A stretch of DNA of 64,000 nucleotides from Epithemia pelagica (GCA_946965045.2 OX337240.1:2542001-2606000), one strand, 5' to 3'; counted from the stretch's first letter, positions 45,478 to 57,832 are shown. Notes: generated from the letters alone by a model not told the origin. Translations and numbers: made by a program.

Positions 45478-46464
45478 TTATTTGTGATCGGCCGCTTCAT
45501 GCGAGGACACGAGCAAGTACAAGCGATGATCGTTGGTGACGACCTGATCGGGTGGCACGGCCGTTTGCCAAAAGGATTTTTCCGCGTCAAAGGCGGCGGG
45601 ATTTTGGGGTTCCACGCCGCCGCCGCCGCCCGACGACGACGAGGCGAGCGGTGTATGAGCTGCCCATTGGCCGTAATTGACCACTTGGACACTATCGACA
45701 CTGGCATGAATGGTGGACGTTACCAATCCGGAATGATCTTGTTGCGTACTGGCTGGCAAATGATGCAACATACAATTGACCAATTGTTGGGCATTGGCTT
45801 GAGTTTGGGCCGTGGCGACGCGCAAAATCCCAAAATGCACCAAGGGATATTGCAGGGGATCAATGACGGGCACCGGTCCCCCCGCGGTTTGCGCCGACGA
45901 TCCGACAATTTGATATACGTGTCGATTGACTTTGGTTTCATCGACATTCATGACATATTTGAGGGACATGCGGACGGCTGTGGGCAAGGAGGTAGGTTGA
46001 TAACTCGCCACACATTGTTCGTACGAGGCCCATTGTTCGTACATGGCCACGGTAAAGCCATCCAAACTCATGTGTAAGTGACACGACACAAAACCCGGTT
46101 CTTGTAATAAAATGGGCAAGACGGAATTGGAATAGGCCGTCAAAAAGGTTTGCTGATGTTTGGCATCGGTCGTGGGGAAAAAGGCAATCAAGGTGGCCAT
46201 GGAATTGTCCAACGACAAGGCGGACGCCATGTGCAAGGCAGTCGACTTGTTTGGGATGATTGGGAACGACCGAGTTGTCGTTGCTGTTGTTTGGTCGGGA
46301 CGACAAGGACGAGCGGAAAAGAGCAACCCTCCTGGTGCAGCTCGTTGGTGTGGTCGCATCACCGAAAAGGCCCACGTAGAGAGTGGCAAGCAGGACCATA
46401 CCAACAACCACAACAAGCCCCAAATGCTGCTGTTCGAAAGAATGGTATTTGTCGTTTTCTTCAT
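45478..46464 (-). CDS. Tandem ABM (dimeric alpha/beta barrel) monooxygenase-like protein, probably plastid-targeted
   Basis: QEPGFVSCHLHMSLDGFTVAMYEQW and HSGLVTSTIHASVDSVQVVNYGQW. The signal peptide ends ..STWA|FSV. Confidence 0.75.
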   Translation of the reverse strand: MKKTTNTILSNSSIWGLLWLLVWSCLPLSTWAFSVMRPHQRAAPGGLLFSARPCRPDQTTATTTRSFPIIPNKSTALHMASALSLDNSMATLIAFFPTTDAKHQQTFLTAYSNSVLPILLQEPGFVSCHLHMSLDGFTVAMYEQWASYEQCVASYQPTSLPTAVRMSLKYVMNVDETKVNRHVYQIVGSSAQTAGGPVPVIDPLQYPLVHFGILRVATAQTQANAQQLVNCMLHHLPASTQQDHSGLVTSTIHASVDSVQVVNYGQWAAHTPLASSSSGGGGGVEPQNPAAFDAEKSFWQTAVPPDQVVTNDHRLYLLVSSHEAADHK

Positions 46465-47907
46465 CCTTGTCACACCGCGCTCTCTCTCTCTTTCTTTCTC
46501 TCTCTTTCTCTCTCTATGTTTCCGACTAATGAACCACAACACAAAGGATCGAAGAATCCTTTATTTGGTTCAGAGTTCTAAGTTCGCAACGCGGCGAAAA
46601 AAAGGAGATCGAAAAGATACCATGCAACGCCCGACAGACGTTTACCCACGACTCATGGAGTCCCGGATAAGAGGGGAACCACGACCACGACCAAAGACGA
46701 CGGAATGACCAATGACGACGGATGTTCTGGGTTGGTCCTCCATTACGGAACAAATGACCCCACAATCATCACAATGAACAGAACAAATGCTTTGGGAAAA
46801 TTTTCGTAGCAACCTGCAGGCCATTCGGAATGAAGCACAAGCGGCGAAAAGAATCCAGACGAAACTGGAAGAGTGACAATAATAAGCACTATATACAGCA
46901 CCAAGTGTTGGATAAGTTGTCGATTATTCTACATGATGATGCTTTCGAATGCAGACTCTCTACTACAATGAGTCTTGCATAAACAGTCTCTCGTGACATC
47001 CTCATTGAAAAAGAAGAAGGAGAAGAAGAAGAAGAAGAAAGAGAAAGAGAAAGAGAAGGAGGAGAAGAAAGAATTGCAACCGTACACTTCCAGTAGCAGT
47101 TGCTGTGGTCCAATGGGTTGGTGGTCATGTCGAGGGTGGAACAGGACGACGACTCTCCACACACTTCGGTCCATGATGATGACCAATCGAAACAGCCTGC
47201 CAAGAAAAAGCTAGTTTCAGATCATGATGCGACGTTACCCTAGTGATTCTTCCACACACATTCTTCACGGTGTGTGCACAGCAAGAGCTTGCTTTTGTTT
47301 GGTTAGAAACGCTCGTACTATCCAAGTCTCTCGTATACTACCGCTGCCATTATTCTCTGTCATTCTGCTCTTTCAACAAGAGTTTGCGGCATCATAACGA
47401 CTAAAGCAAACTCTGGAGCTTCGTGATTCGGATGGAGAGCACCTCTTCCTTCTCACTTGACCCTGAGTTGCGGCGGTCTGACATGAAACCACGGCACCGA
47501 TTCCATACGCGTGCAAGATCGCAAAAAAAGGGTGGGTCCCTTTGTTTACTCTCTTCTGGCATTACGTTATGCTATAGAACCAGAGTGGTGCTCAGTTTGT
47601 TCGCTCTACTGGCGTTGCTCTTGTTCACTTTTGGCATTGCTTTGGACCCTGTGGTACACGAAGAAGGACAAGGTCCATGACACGAACGCCTGTGTGTGTT
47701 ACGAATACCAGGTGGTTCTACGGCTCACACTTAATGTCAATGAATTACGATTTGATTGATGACGCCTGGTAAAACGGATTTCTAGCTTCGAAAGAATTCA
47801 ACAATCATCTTTTATCGACAGCATCTTTTGATAATGGCGCTCATTTTCAATCAGAGGAACAATCCAGGTGGGTTTGCCGGTTGGCTGAGGATTTATTGTG
47901 AACGGCT

Positions 47908-49320
47908 CTAGAGGCCGTTCGGATTCGGTGGAGATCCCTCCCGATCATAGATTTGCACTGCCTCTGGGGAAGAGGCAGAGAAAAATGCCACCAATTGCGC
48001 ACGCATCTCCACCGCTTCAAGAAGCATGCGATAGTGTTCATGTGTGTTGCCCTCCTCGAAAGGATATTCCGACGATTGAATCCATCCCTCCAAGTACGAT
48101 TGGAAACTGTTGTTTCTGTGGTCTTCCATGGAAGGAACCGGACCTGCGTTTGTGTTGGGATGCAAGTCCGTCAACTTCTGGTGCAGCTGCTGCACATCTT
48201 CACTCCGCTGGAACGATTGCAAGGTCACCCAGTGCTCTTGGTCGTTCCTGAACAAGTATGGACAGGTTCGAACGGTGAATACCAAAAGGTCGTTGGTGAT
48301 TGGATAATGAACTGCAGAAGTGAAATTCTCCAGGCTCACAAAGCGTCGTCGTAAGATTGCAAATTCTGCAGCTTTCAACATGTCGATCACAGCCCTAATG
48401 TCATCGTTCTTTTCGTTATTGTTGAGATCCAAAATGGCGTGGAACCGATCGCATCGCAACAAGACTTGAACGGCAAACGATGACTGCATTTGTTCCAGAT
48501 CATGATCGTCTTCCTCATAGTTATGGCCATTTTGCCTTTCTTCTTCAACGAACGGGCCAAAGTGCAGCTGAAATGACTCCGCCACGATGCGGGGTAGTTC
48601 CATGCAATTGACGCGTGGCAGGTTTTCATCTTCAAGGGTTGTGACAAAATTATCCAACTCAGTTGCGAGGTTATTGACACTTGGTCTGTCAAAGTACGGA
48701 TCTCGCATACGAGCCATGTCGTTACGATCACGTGAATGGAGTTGAGTGATCCGGTTGATGGTTTCCAGGGGCCTCCATATAATGGCGTCATTTCCAGTTC
48801 CCACACGAGCATGCCTATTACCCGTCTTGCACCAAAATGCCACGGTTTGGCAACTTTGGCGGTAGATATCATATCCAATATCTCCCAACATGCACAATCG
48901 TCGAGCTCGCTGGAGAACCACTTGTAGATCAGACTCTGTTTCCGTGAAAGAACTCACTCCATCCAGAGAAGCATACGGGGCTCCGTATGCCACACGTCTC
49001 AGGGATTTGCCTTCCGGCAAAAAGGAATCCAACGGAGCTTCGCGGATGATACGATTCATATTATTGGCTCGTGTATGATCCGTGCCAAAATCCACTATGC
49101 GAATGTCTTCTTTACTTGTGCCCACTCGGACAACGATTCCATGATGGGTGAGGGCTCCACAGATACCACTCATATAGTAGTATACTTGATCTCCTTCCTG
49201 GAGATCTTCCCATTGCAAAGGGCCCTCCTGGTTTTCGGTAGTATGCTCTGTGGTAGTCTGCCGCCCAGAAAAGGATTCTTTGCCTGTTTTCTTTGATGGC
49301 TTCGTTGGCTTTCCTCCCAT
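47908..49320 (-). CDS. LRAT/NlpC-P60-like (NC-domain) protein
   Basis: LQEGDQVYY..THHGIVV..IVDFG and YDIYRQSCQTVAFWCKTG (a variant of NCEHFA..CKTG). N-terminus MGGK. Confidence 0.75.
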   Translation of the reverse strand: MGGKPTKPSKKTGKESFSGRQTTTEHTTENQEGPLQWEDLQEGDQVYYYMSGICGALTHHGIVVRVGTSKEDIRIVDFGTDHTRANNMNRIIREAPLDSFLPEGKSLRRVAYGAPYASLDGVSSFTETESDLQVVLQRARRLCMLGDIGYDIYRQSCQTVAFWCKTGNRHARVGTGNDAIIWRPLETINRITQLHSRDRNDMARMRDPYFDRPSVNNLATELDNFVTTLEDENLPRVNCMELPRIVAESFQLHFGPFVEEERQNGHNYEEDDHDLEQMQSSFAVQVLLRCDRFHAILDLNNNEKNDDIRAVIDMLKAAEFAILRRRFVSLENFTSAVHYPITNDLLVFTVRTCPYLFRNDQEHWVTLQSFQRSEDVQQLHQKLTDLHPNTNAGPVPSMEDHRNNSFQSYLEGWIQSSEYPFEEGNTHEHYRMLLEAVEMRAQLVAFFSASSPEAVQIYDREGSPPNPNGL

Positions 49321-50576
49321 CTTTGTACAAGTCGTAGCGCGTTTCCACAAATGCTTTTTTCTTCTTGTGCCAACTCTATAGAGTACCGCAGTGGGTTTTC
49401 ACGTGAAACATTGACTGCGCACCGCTTTTTTTCTCGTATTCCGCATTTAGGGTCGCAAGGCATGGCATGCGTTCGGCTTGCTAATTTGTGTACTCCTAGT
49501 GTGTAATTCGTTGAATGAGACGGAACGGGAGAGTAACGTCTAGGATCCTATTGAAATGCGAGAGAATGGAAGAGTCCCCTGGCGTCATAATAGATGTAGA
49601 TACTACTTCACATTACTTTGAGAATTTCCCGCAATCCTTCCCTCGATGCAAAAGATGAAAAGGGGGCATCGGGAACATAAAAAGGATCAGGATATATCTC
49701 TTGCATTCTCTGGATTTACTTTCAATTGCATAGAGAGATAATCGATAAGATATCCAGCGAGACTACATAGAAGCACATCCTCTGTCCTTGGTCTATGTCG
49801 TCTCGTGGTTCGTTGCTTTATGATGTCGATAATGGATGATGATTTTGATGCCGCAGCAAACTTATGAACGTTTGTGTCTTGAACGAATATACAAGGTGGC
49901 TCCTCAAGGTTCCTACCTAGTTGCGATTGCTACGACTCGTTGAGTCCTGTTCTACAACCTTTACTATATCTACCATATGTTCGCTAGCAGGCACGGTATG
50001 TGAATCTCGCGATGCATTATGAGTGGCATTCTTCGTGTTTGCCACGCCACGAATGTTTGTGTCACAACCGTACGCGATATCAAATCTGCTTCTTGGCTCT
50101 AACGTTTACGATTTGAGATTCGAGACGATTGAAAAGTCCCCCGGCGTGCAATATCCCGGCGCGCGAGAAGAGCCTGAAATGGCCAACAGGTGCGTATTGT
50201 GCCCTTATTTCCATTGCCTGCCCCCAATGCCATCTAGAACTTGGGGGCGCATGAAACACTCGAGACTCGCGACACCATGACCATGACATGGGGTGCGATC
50301 TTTGCGACTCGAGGCAACAAGAGATCGCGTAATGTACTAGAACAAACCCCAGAAACATTTTTCATCATCGTTCAATAGACACAAGCGCATCAAGCTACTG
50401 GCCGCCACGGAAGCATTGGCGTTCGCAAAAGAATGGCATTTATTGACTGACCGGTTGCTGCTTGAGAATCACAAAAGAAGTGCAAAAAGAAATAAGAAGA
50501 CATATCCTTCAGCATCTTGAACAACTAGTTTGTTTCGAATCGCACGTTTTGCACGGATAAAGCTACCACACTCAGG

Positions 50577-52215
50577 ATGAACGAACCAGCGCAACGACCG
50601 AGACAGTCTCACTACGAGACACTCCACAGAAATGAGACTGCTTCTGCGCAACACCGAGAAGAAGAATTGGAAATGGTGGCTGTCACCAAAAATGGAATTC
50701 AGTCTCAGTCTTACTCGGACGATTCGACCAATCCGGCTCTGCGAGAAAGCCGCGAAAGGGGTCTACTGCCACTCACAAGGATGGTGTACCGATTATGGCA
50801 GAAGAAGAAGCTTTTGGTCAGTGGTTGTTGTTTGGTCTTGGTATTGGGACTCATATTGGTCCCAGTGCTGATCATGCCCTCACTCTGTGATGAAAATGGA
50901 GTCGAGCTAGACTTGACCGAGAATACGACTACTTTTGCACCAATTTTGCCAAATGAGAAGATTGCTGTTGATAGCCAACCGGCAATCTCCAGGTTCCCAC
51001 CCGGTGGTTCTTGGAAGACAGAATCTTCACCACTCCACGAGTCACTCAAGTACTCGTCATCCCCAAGAGTCGTAGCCATGTCGGGTGATGGAACGGTTAT
51101 TGCAGTGTCATTCTTGGAGCTTTACGCAGTTCAAGGCAAGGCAAATGTGGTAGTCTTTCAACGACTTCCTGGACTGACGAATCGTACCAGCCGTGACAAC
51201 AAGTGGTGTCCGTCAAGCACAAAATTATCATTGGAAGCAAATGGGTCCCATGATTCGGATTGAACGGGACTTTGGAGATGTCTTGTCACTGTCCGAAAAT
51301 GGTCAGGTTCTGGCATTGTATGGATTCGACCAAGAAATTGGATCAGTGAGTGGTTTTGTGTATTCCTATAATGGTACAGTTTGGGAACGCATGGGTCAAC
51401 CACTTTCAAACGTTTCTGATATCCTGCTCGCGGCCAATGGGCAAGTCGTGGCAAGCATTTCCAAGGACGAGGGACAAGGCGATTATGGTCATGATGACCG
51501 TGATATCCAGGTCTGGTCCTGGAATGAATTCTCCCAAACCTGGGAACCCTTGGGGATCCATTCGCTGCAATCGTTTACCTCGGCTTGTGGAGATGGTATA
51601 CTGCACAATAACTATTGCGGTGTCCTGAGAATGTCACTGTCGGGCGATGGTCACACCTTGGCCTTGAGTAGTCAACATCCTCTTGCAATTCATGGAAAAG
51701 TCGTTGTCTTTTCTTTCGATGCAGAACAAAATCAATGGTACCAACTGGGACAAACTTTGACGGTTACAGGAACTTCTTCCAGCTTTGCCCGGTTTCTCGG
51801 GGTTGCAGTGACATTGTCGCGAGATGGGACACGAGTGTCGGTGGGACCTCCCGGGTTGGTGCAATCCTACGAGTATTCGAACGAAACCAACCAATGGGCA
51901 CGTGTTGGACCAGATTTGAGGGGAGCGCGCACACATCCGACAATTGGTATGGCTGGTTGGGCTGTGTTCACTTCGGCACATGGCCAGGTGGTTGCTTCGG
52001 GAGCGACCAGATCGACGGACATTTTAGTCGCTGTTTGGGATGAAACCAACGCCGAGTGGAAACCCTTTCCGATCAAGTTGAACTCGTTCTGGAAGTTTCG
52101 GTCCAACATCTATGCCGTATATCCAGTCGGCTTATCCGCCGATGGTACCACCATTGCGCTCGTTGTCAAAACCAAGGATTGTTATTATGAGTTGAGAATC
52201 ATGTCGTTTCACTGA
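50577..52215 (+). pseudogene. FG-GAP-like beta-propeller type II membrane protein, one frameshift (~51222)
   Basis: ORF 50577-51263 and ORF 51193-52215 are offset by one extra base; the paralog reads KWCPSSTKYYWKQM across this point. Confidence 0.7.
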
Positions 52216-53001
52216 TTCGCTCTACAGAGAACAAGAAGCACCCTGTCTTTTTCTTGGCACTATGGGGAAGTCTTGTCACTTTTTGGCAATGGCCGTTTTT
52301 TGGCAATACTCGTTGGACAGGATTTGTTGCATAACGCAAGGGGACCATGTATTAGTGTACGAGTGGGACTGAAGAATCCCCGCCTGCTCGGTCCCCAACA
52401 CGCTGACAAGGAAACTTTACGATTGGAAATGAGGATGATGTTGCTGCCTTGCCGTCTTCGTTCTTCCGGTGGTTCAATGTGTGTCTTTGTTTTTCGGACA
52501 TAGCATGACCGTCATTTTTCAAGCTATACTCTTGATTCCGGCATGTCATCCTGCATTTTCTTTCTTCCCTACCTGCTGTGCCTACGGTTCCATTATGCAC
52601 GTTTTTGTCCACAGACAGAATACTCTCGATAGCAGGAATGAATTTCACGATGTATTCTGAAATTGTATTCATTATGGATGTACGCCATGTCATGGCAAGG
52701 TGGACCAAACATGAAGCTCACCGTTTACAATTATTTGAGATTCGAGACAGTCGAAAAGTCCCCCGGCGTGAAACATCTGCCCCGCCCAGCGCGGGCGAAA
52801 CGCTTCATAGACCCCCCAACAAATAATGAAGTCTGGAATTTGGGGGCGCATCTTGGAGAAACCAAATCTTATGACAGTGGCACAATCTTTTTCCATGGAA
52901 ACAAAAGGATCCGGAAGAACCAATCCAAGACACATTCTTCAACATTGCTTTCAATCAAGAGACAAGCTAGCGGTCATAACGTGAACACTGGTCTTCTCAT
53001 C

Positions 53002-54596
53002 ATGAACCTTCCAGCTTCACGACCGAGACAGTCTGAGTACGACAAGGTCGACGCCGCTATGCAGTATCAAGACGAGGAATCTGAAGTGGAAATGGTGAGC
53101 GTTATTGAAACTGAAATAGATTCTCAAAAGGCGGACGATCCTACCAATCTGATTCCTAGAGGGAACCACGAAAGGGGAGCATTGTTCGGAAAAAAGATGA
53201 AATGGTCATGGCGAATGTGGCGAAAGCTGCTTTTAGTCAGTGGTTGTTTGGTGCTAGTATAGTGGGAATCGCAGTTTCTCCAGGAACAATCATGGAGCCT
53301 TTTTGTGACCACAATGGAATGGAGTTGCAAATGGACGAGAATACGACTAGGTATCGACCATCTGTGCCACGTGATGAGAGTATGAGTAGTATTGACAAGG
53401 AGACAGCAATCTCCAGGTTCCCACCCGGTGGTTCTTGGAAGACGGAACAGTCACCACTCAACGAGTCCTCAAAATATTACACGTCCCCGAGGCCCGTGAC
53501 CATATCGGGTGATGGAAACGTTGTAGCAACGTTACACTCGGTGTGGTTGTATATCAACGATTTCCCAACCACAATAACAAATGGTGTCCTTCTTCGACCA
53601 AGTATTATTGGAAGCAAATGCGTCCCATGATAGGGTTACAGTACAACTCTTGTCGCTGTCCGAAAATGGTCAAATTTTGGCAACGTATGGATCCGAAGAA
53701 CTATGTGGACCAGGGCGTAGTTTTGTGTATTCCTTCAATGGGACAGTTTGGGAACGGATGGGTCAGCGACTGCCCGACATTTATCAAGTTACCGATATCA
53801 TGCTTTCAGCCAATGGAAAAGTCGTGGCAACCATTTCGAGGGACGGCGGAGAATGTAGTTTTGGTAGTGATGGTATCGTCAATGTCTGGTCCTGGAATGA
53901 ATCGCCCCATGCATGGGAACCCTTGGGGGTTCATTCGTCCCAATCCTTTTTTTCGGCCTGTGGGGAAAAACCACCGTACGAAAACTATTGTTGTTCTCTG
54001 CACATGTCTCTGTCAGGTGATGGTCACATCTTGGCCTTGGGCAATGCAGATCTACGACAAGTCTTTGTTTTTACGTACGATGCAGACCAAGATCAATGGT
54101 TCCCCCTGGGACAAACTTTGACGGATACAGGAACTTCTTCCAGTTCGACTCGTCGTCGGAAAGAAATTCATTACTTTGGCGGTGGAGTGTCACTTTCACG
54201 GGATGGAACACGACTGACCTTGGGAGCTGAAAGACTGTTGTGTTCCTTCCAGTATTCAAACGAAACCAACCAATGGATGACTTTCAGTCATGATTGACTT
54301 TCAGTCATGATTTGAGAGGAACACAAGGTTGGGATGTGGTAACTTCGGCAGATGGGCGGGTGGTTGCTTCGCGAGAGGCATACAGGTACATTCTAGTCGC
54401 TGTTTGGGATGAAACCAAAGTCGAGTGGAAACCCTTTCCGATCGACTTGAACTCCTTCTGGAAGTTTTGGTCCAACGTCGAGTCTGCGTATCCATTCGCC
54501 ATGTCCACCGATGGTACTACCATTGCACTCGTGGTCCAATCGAGAAAACAATCTAGACATGATGAGTACGACTTGAGAATCATGTCGTTCCGCTAA
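53002..54596 (+). pseudogene. Tandem paralog of 50577-52215, several frameshifts
   Basis: Shared ISRFPPGGSWKTE, WERMGQ, MSLSGDGH, LSRDGTR and WKPFPI.LNSFWKF, spread over at least four frames; duplicated ACTTTCAGTCATGATT near 54280-54312. Confidence 0.7.
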
Positions 54597-55003
54597 TTTG
54601 CTCTCTGCAGGGAACATTAGGCACTCTCTGTGTCGTACTTGTTCAGGTCCATGAAATGGTGTTTAGTTCTTGGTTGCAATGAACTAAAAATTCTGTGAAA
54701 ACATGAGTTGACGGCCACTGATGGTACCACCAGTGCGCTGGAGTTTCAAACGAAGAACTGCGACAATGAACTAAGAATCTGTCGAACACGAGATGACTTC
54801 TCGTTGGAAAGAAAGGCAGATTCTATAAGAACGGTGCATCTCTATAATGATGAGTATTCTTCGAGCACAACAGAATGAGTGAAGGACCACTACCACAACT
54901 ACATTCATTGCAGGATCCAACAAGAATCATATCAATGGACAAACAAGTTGTATGGGTGATCGAAGAATGCACACATTGACCTCTGCTGCGTCCATCGCCC
55001 TCT

Positions 55004-56317
55004 TCAACCAGTCATGATGTATTTCGAAACCACACGGTTGACACGTTTTTTCATGTCCTTCAGTTTTGTTTCGCTTTTACAATCCAAATTTTCACTCGTT
55101 GTGTCACCGTCGACCTTGGAATCCTCCAAGGTATCCAAGACATCTTGCAAGGTTTCATTAATGATTCGCTGCATTTCGTCAACCCTACGAGAACGATCCT
55201 CCATTTCTCGGATTTCATCCACGCTGCACGGTGATTTGGAGAGAACAGAATGAAGCGCCAGATGAATTTGGCGGTCCAACAATGCTTCTGAGGACGTTTC
55301 ATCGTGTGTCGGGACTTTTGGTTGACGCTGCTTTTTCGCATAAGCTTTTACTTTCTCTTTGGGCTCCATTTTCTGGAACTTTGTTTCATACACTTGTTCC
55401 AGTTGATCGATCGCGGATCGAAGGGATTCTGAGGCATGCAATTTGCTGACCACGCTTGGACTAAGAACAAAATTGGATTGTTCTTCAAATTGTCCCGTCT
55501 TCCATTTTGCACCGAATACAAACTTTCTTGTTTCCGTCTCTTTGGTTCGGGCGAAGGTTATAAAGACACCCTCAAAGTGGACGTGTGGAGGCTCTAACAG
55601 TTGTGGATACAAGGTATCAATTGCTTCACACAATGTACCCTCAAACAACAGAGGAGGGGGCTCGATCCCGCAAGCTTTTATTTTGTGATACAGACGGGAC
55701 GTCATGGTTTGTACCTCGTCGGTAGAAACAGTGATGCTTGAGGGAATAGAAGCGCGGTGTGCTTCCTCGGCCGTCTGGTCACCGTCAACAGTTGTCTCCT
55801 CGTGACGAAGGAGGGTAAAAGTATATCCAAACGGATACCAAGAAGGTTCATGCATTACTTCAGGGACCTTTTCTTTGTACCATTCTCCAAAGAAGGTGAT
55901 CCTCTTAGATTGCACTTCAACGCCATGACAGCACGAGCTATGGTCGGGCGGGGTAACCAGACGTTCTTTTGCATGGGCTTCCTCTTCGTCAATGAGCTGC
56001 TCGGCCAAAGTTTGTAGTTTTGGAATGAGAGTGGCAATGGGGTGCAGGGTTCCCTTTACGGAACCGTACTTCCTTTCCAGCGCATCTTGAAGTGGATCAC
56101 TTGAGGGTGATGTATCAATCTTGTCTTGTGACGTTTTGGACCATAATACGCTACTACGACCATGAATCGCCACGAGGCCTTCTTGGGGATGTATTTCGAG
56201 ACCCAGATTGGAGCCATCCAACTTCTCTAGCACCACGACTTGTTCCTCTCCATGGAGGAATTCTTCGGCAATCACCTTTTGAATGTTTTTGAACTTTGGC
56301 CACTTTTGATGCTTCAT
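55004..56317 (-). CDS. ATP-dependent RNA ligase (Rnl2-like nucleotidyltransferase)
   Basis: Motif I EKLDGSN, motif III FFGEW, motif IV FEGVFI and motif V AKWK. Confidence 0.8.
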   Translation of the reverse strand: MKHQKWPKFKNIQKVIAEEFLHGEEQVVVLEKLDGSNLGLEIHPQEGLVAIHGRSSVLWSKTSQDKIDTSPSSDPLQDALERKYGSVKGTLHPIATLIPKLQTLAEQLIDEEEAHAKERLVTPPDHSSCCHGVEVQSKRITFFGEWYKEKVPEVMHEPSWYPFGYTFTLLRHEETTVDGDQTAEEAHRASIPSSITVSTDEVQTMTSRLYHKIKACGIEPPPLLFEGTLCEAIDTLYPQLLEPPHVHFEGVFITFARTKETETRKFVFGAKWKTGQFEEQSNFVLSPSVVSKLHASESLRSAIDQLEQVYETKFQKMEPKEKVKAYAKKQRQPKVPTHDETSSEALLDRQIHLALHSVLSKSPCSVDEIREMEDRSRRVDEMQRIINETLQDVLDTLEDSKVDGDTTSENLDCKSETKLKDMKKRVNRVVSKYIMTG

Positions 56318-56707
56318 TCTCAACCTGCAATGCTGTTTCAGTTCCTTGCGAGAAAATGATATTTGTTCAAAATTTTATGAGAGCGGAGGGGTTTTCGGTG
56401 TCCGTTTTCAATCGCATTCGCAATTCGCGAGTCACAAGAGCGGCTGTTGCATGTTTCAGCCAGACGTGCGACTTCTGCGCGCCAGAATCGCCGTTAAGCG
56501 GCGGACTGACGTCAAAACTATGTTATGCATAGAGTGAAACTTTTGAAACGAGATTGCCTTATGGTAGCATAGTTACTAGAAACACGGAATACAACTACTA
56601 GACACGTGAGATTCGAAGTGGATGGAGTTGCAAACAATGGTCTGATTTCGCAACAGCCTTGGGATTAGAGCATTTTAACGATGTGAATGTGGTTGCTGGG
56701 CAGTCGA

Positions 56708-57832
56708 TTAGAGGGTGCTGCCATAAATGGCTTCTTCGGCCCACAATGGCAATACAAACGAGGCCGTTTGCAGGCCCGGATGATAGTACTTGGTTGATAT
56801 GGATCGGAACCGTTCGTAGGTGGCTTGCGTGGTGGATCGTGATTGTTCGATGGGACTCTTGTCACACAGTAAAAATCCTATTTGTCCCGTCGGATAAGAG
56901 GCAATGGACACGGAACCATAACGGCACCGGGAAAAGCCAGTGTCCATGGCCGATTTCCTCCAGGCCGCAACTCCTTCTAGATCAGAAGGGATTTGCAACA
57001 TTTCGGCTTGAAAGACAAAGATTCCATTGTCGGGCTCCAACAAACTGTAGACATGCTGCAAGTGCTGTTGCGTATACAATACACTACTGGGAAGTGCCTG
57101 TTTGCGCACATGCCCCTCTTCTTCTTCGGTGGTTGTCCAGGGGTCTGAAGAATCTTGAATAATGACATCGTACGTGACATTTCCCAAGGCAGCTTGTTTT
57201 CGACAATAGGCTGCACCATCAGTAATGTGCAATCGAACTCGAGGGTCATCCCACTTGTTCCATTGCGGAAAATACTGTTTGCAAACACCAATCACATGAC
57301 CATCCAAATCCACATGATCTACGTGTTCCACTGAAGAGTGCTTGAGGACTTCGGACACAACATGACCATCGCCACCACCAATCACCAAGACTCGACGGGG
57401 GTGCGCATGTTGAAACAAAGCGACATGAGCCATCATTTCATTGTAGGCCGCTGCATCGCCTTCGGCCAATTGCAAGACACCGTCCAATACCAGAATGCGA
57501 CCATAGTAGGGCTTGGCCGATTCATAAACTTGAATTCGTTGATAGCGAGAGGTCGTATCTACCAGCTTATGCGATACTTGAATTGATTGGGAAAACCCAG
57601 TCTCTTCGATACCTTCACCCACGGACTGGACTGGTGGGAGAGCGGTGGAGGGCGCGGGAGCAGATGTCCCAAGAATGGATGGAAGAAAGCACATGCATGA
57701 CACTAGCGCCCAAAAGAGCAGGACATAATGGATGGTAGACACGGCGGGGGATGGTCCTTTGGGTTGCGAGGAAATCATGAGGAGCGATTGGTCTCCTTTG
57801 TTTTCATCAGGCATGCGTTTGGAGCTGCACAT
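56708..57832 (-). CDS. Spermidine/spermine synthase family aminopropyltransferase
   Basis: SRYQRIQV, GRILVLDGVLQ, YNEMMAH, VLVIGGGDG and YDVIIQDSSDP; extra N-terminal hydrophobic segment. Confidence 0.9.
   Translation of the reverse strand: MCSSKRMPDENKGDQSLLMISSQPKGPSPAVSTIHYVLLFWALVSCMCFLPSILGTSAPAPSTALPPVQSVGEGIEETGFSQSIQVSHKLVDTTSRYQRIQVYESAKPYYGRILVLDGVLQLAEGDAAAYNEMMAHVALFQHAHPRRVLVIGGGDGHVVSEVLKHSSVEHVDHVDLDGHVIGVCKQYFPQWNKWDDPRVRLHITDGAAYCRKQAALGNVTYDVIIQDSSDPWTTTEEEEGHVRKQALPSSVLYTQQHLQHVYSLLEPDNGIFVFQAEMLQIPSDLEGVAAWRKSAMDTGFSRCRYGSVSIASYPTGQIGFLLCDKSPIEQSRSTTQATYERFRSISTKYYHPGLQTASFVLPLWAEEAIYGSTL

Noticed and set aside
47007-47070. GAA-rich tract and surrounding short ORFs (46700-47760) as a gene
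   Set aside because: It is a microsatellite with broken frames, and no family was recognised.
49393-49410. TTTCACGTGAAA(CA) resembling a bacterial parS site
   Set aside because: It has two mismatches to the 16-bp consensus and lies in eukaryotic DNA ~80 bp upstream of the LRAT gene. A CACGTG G/E-box is the simpler reading.
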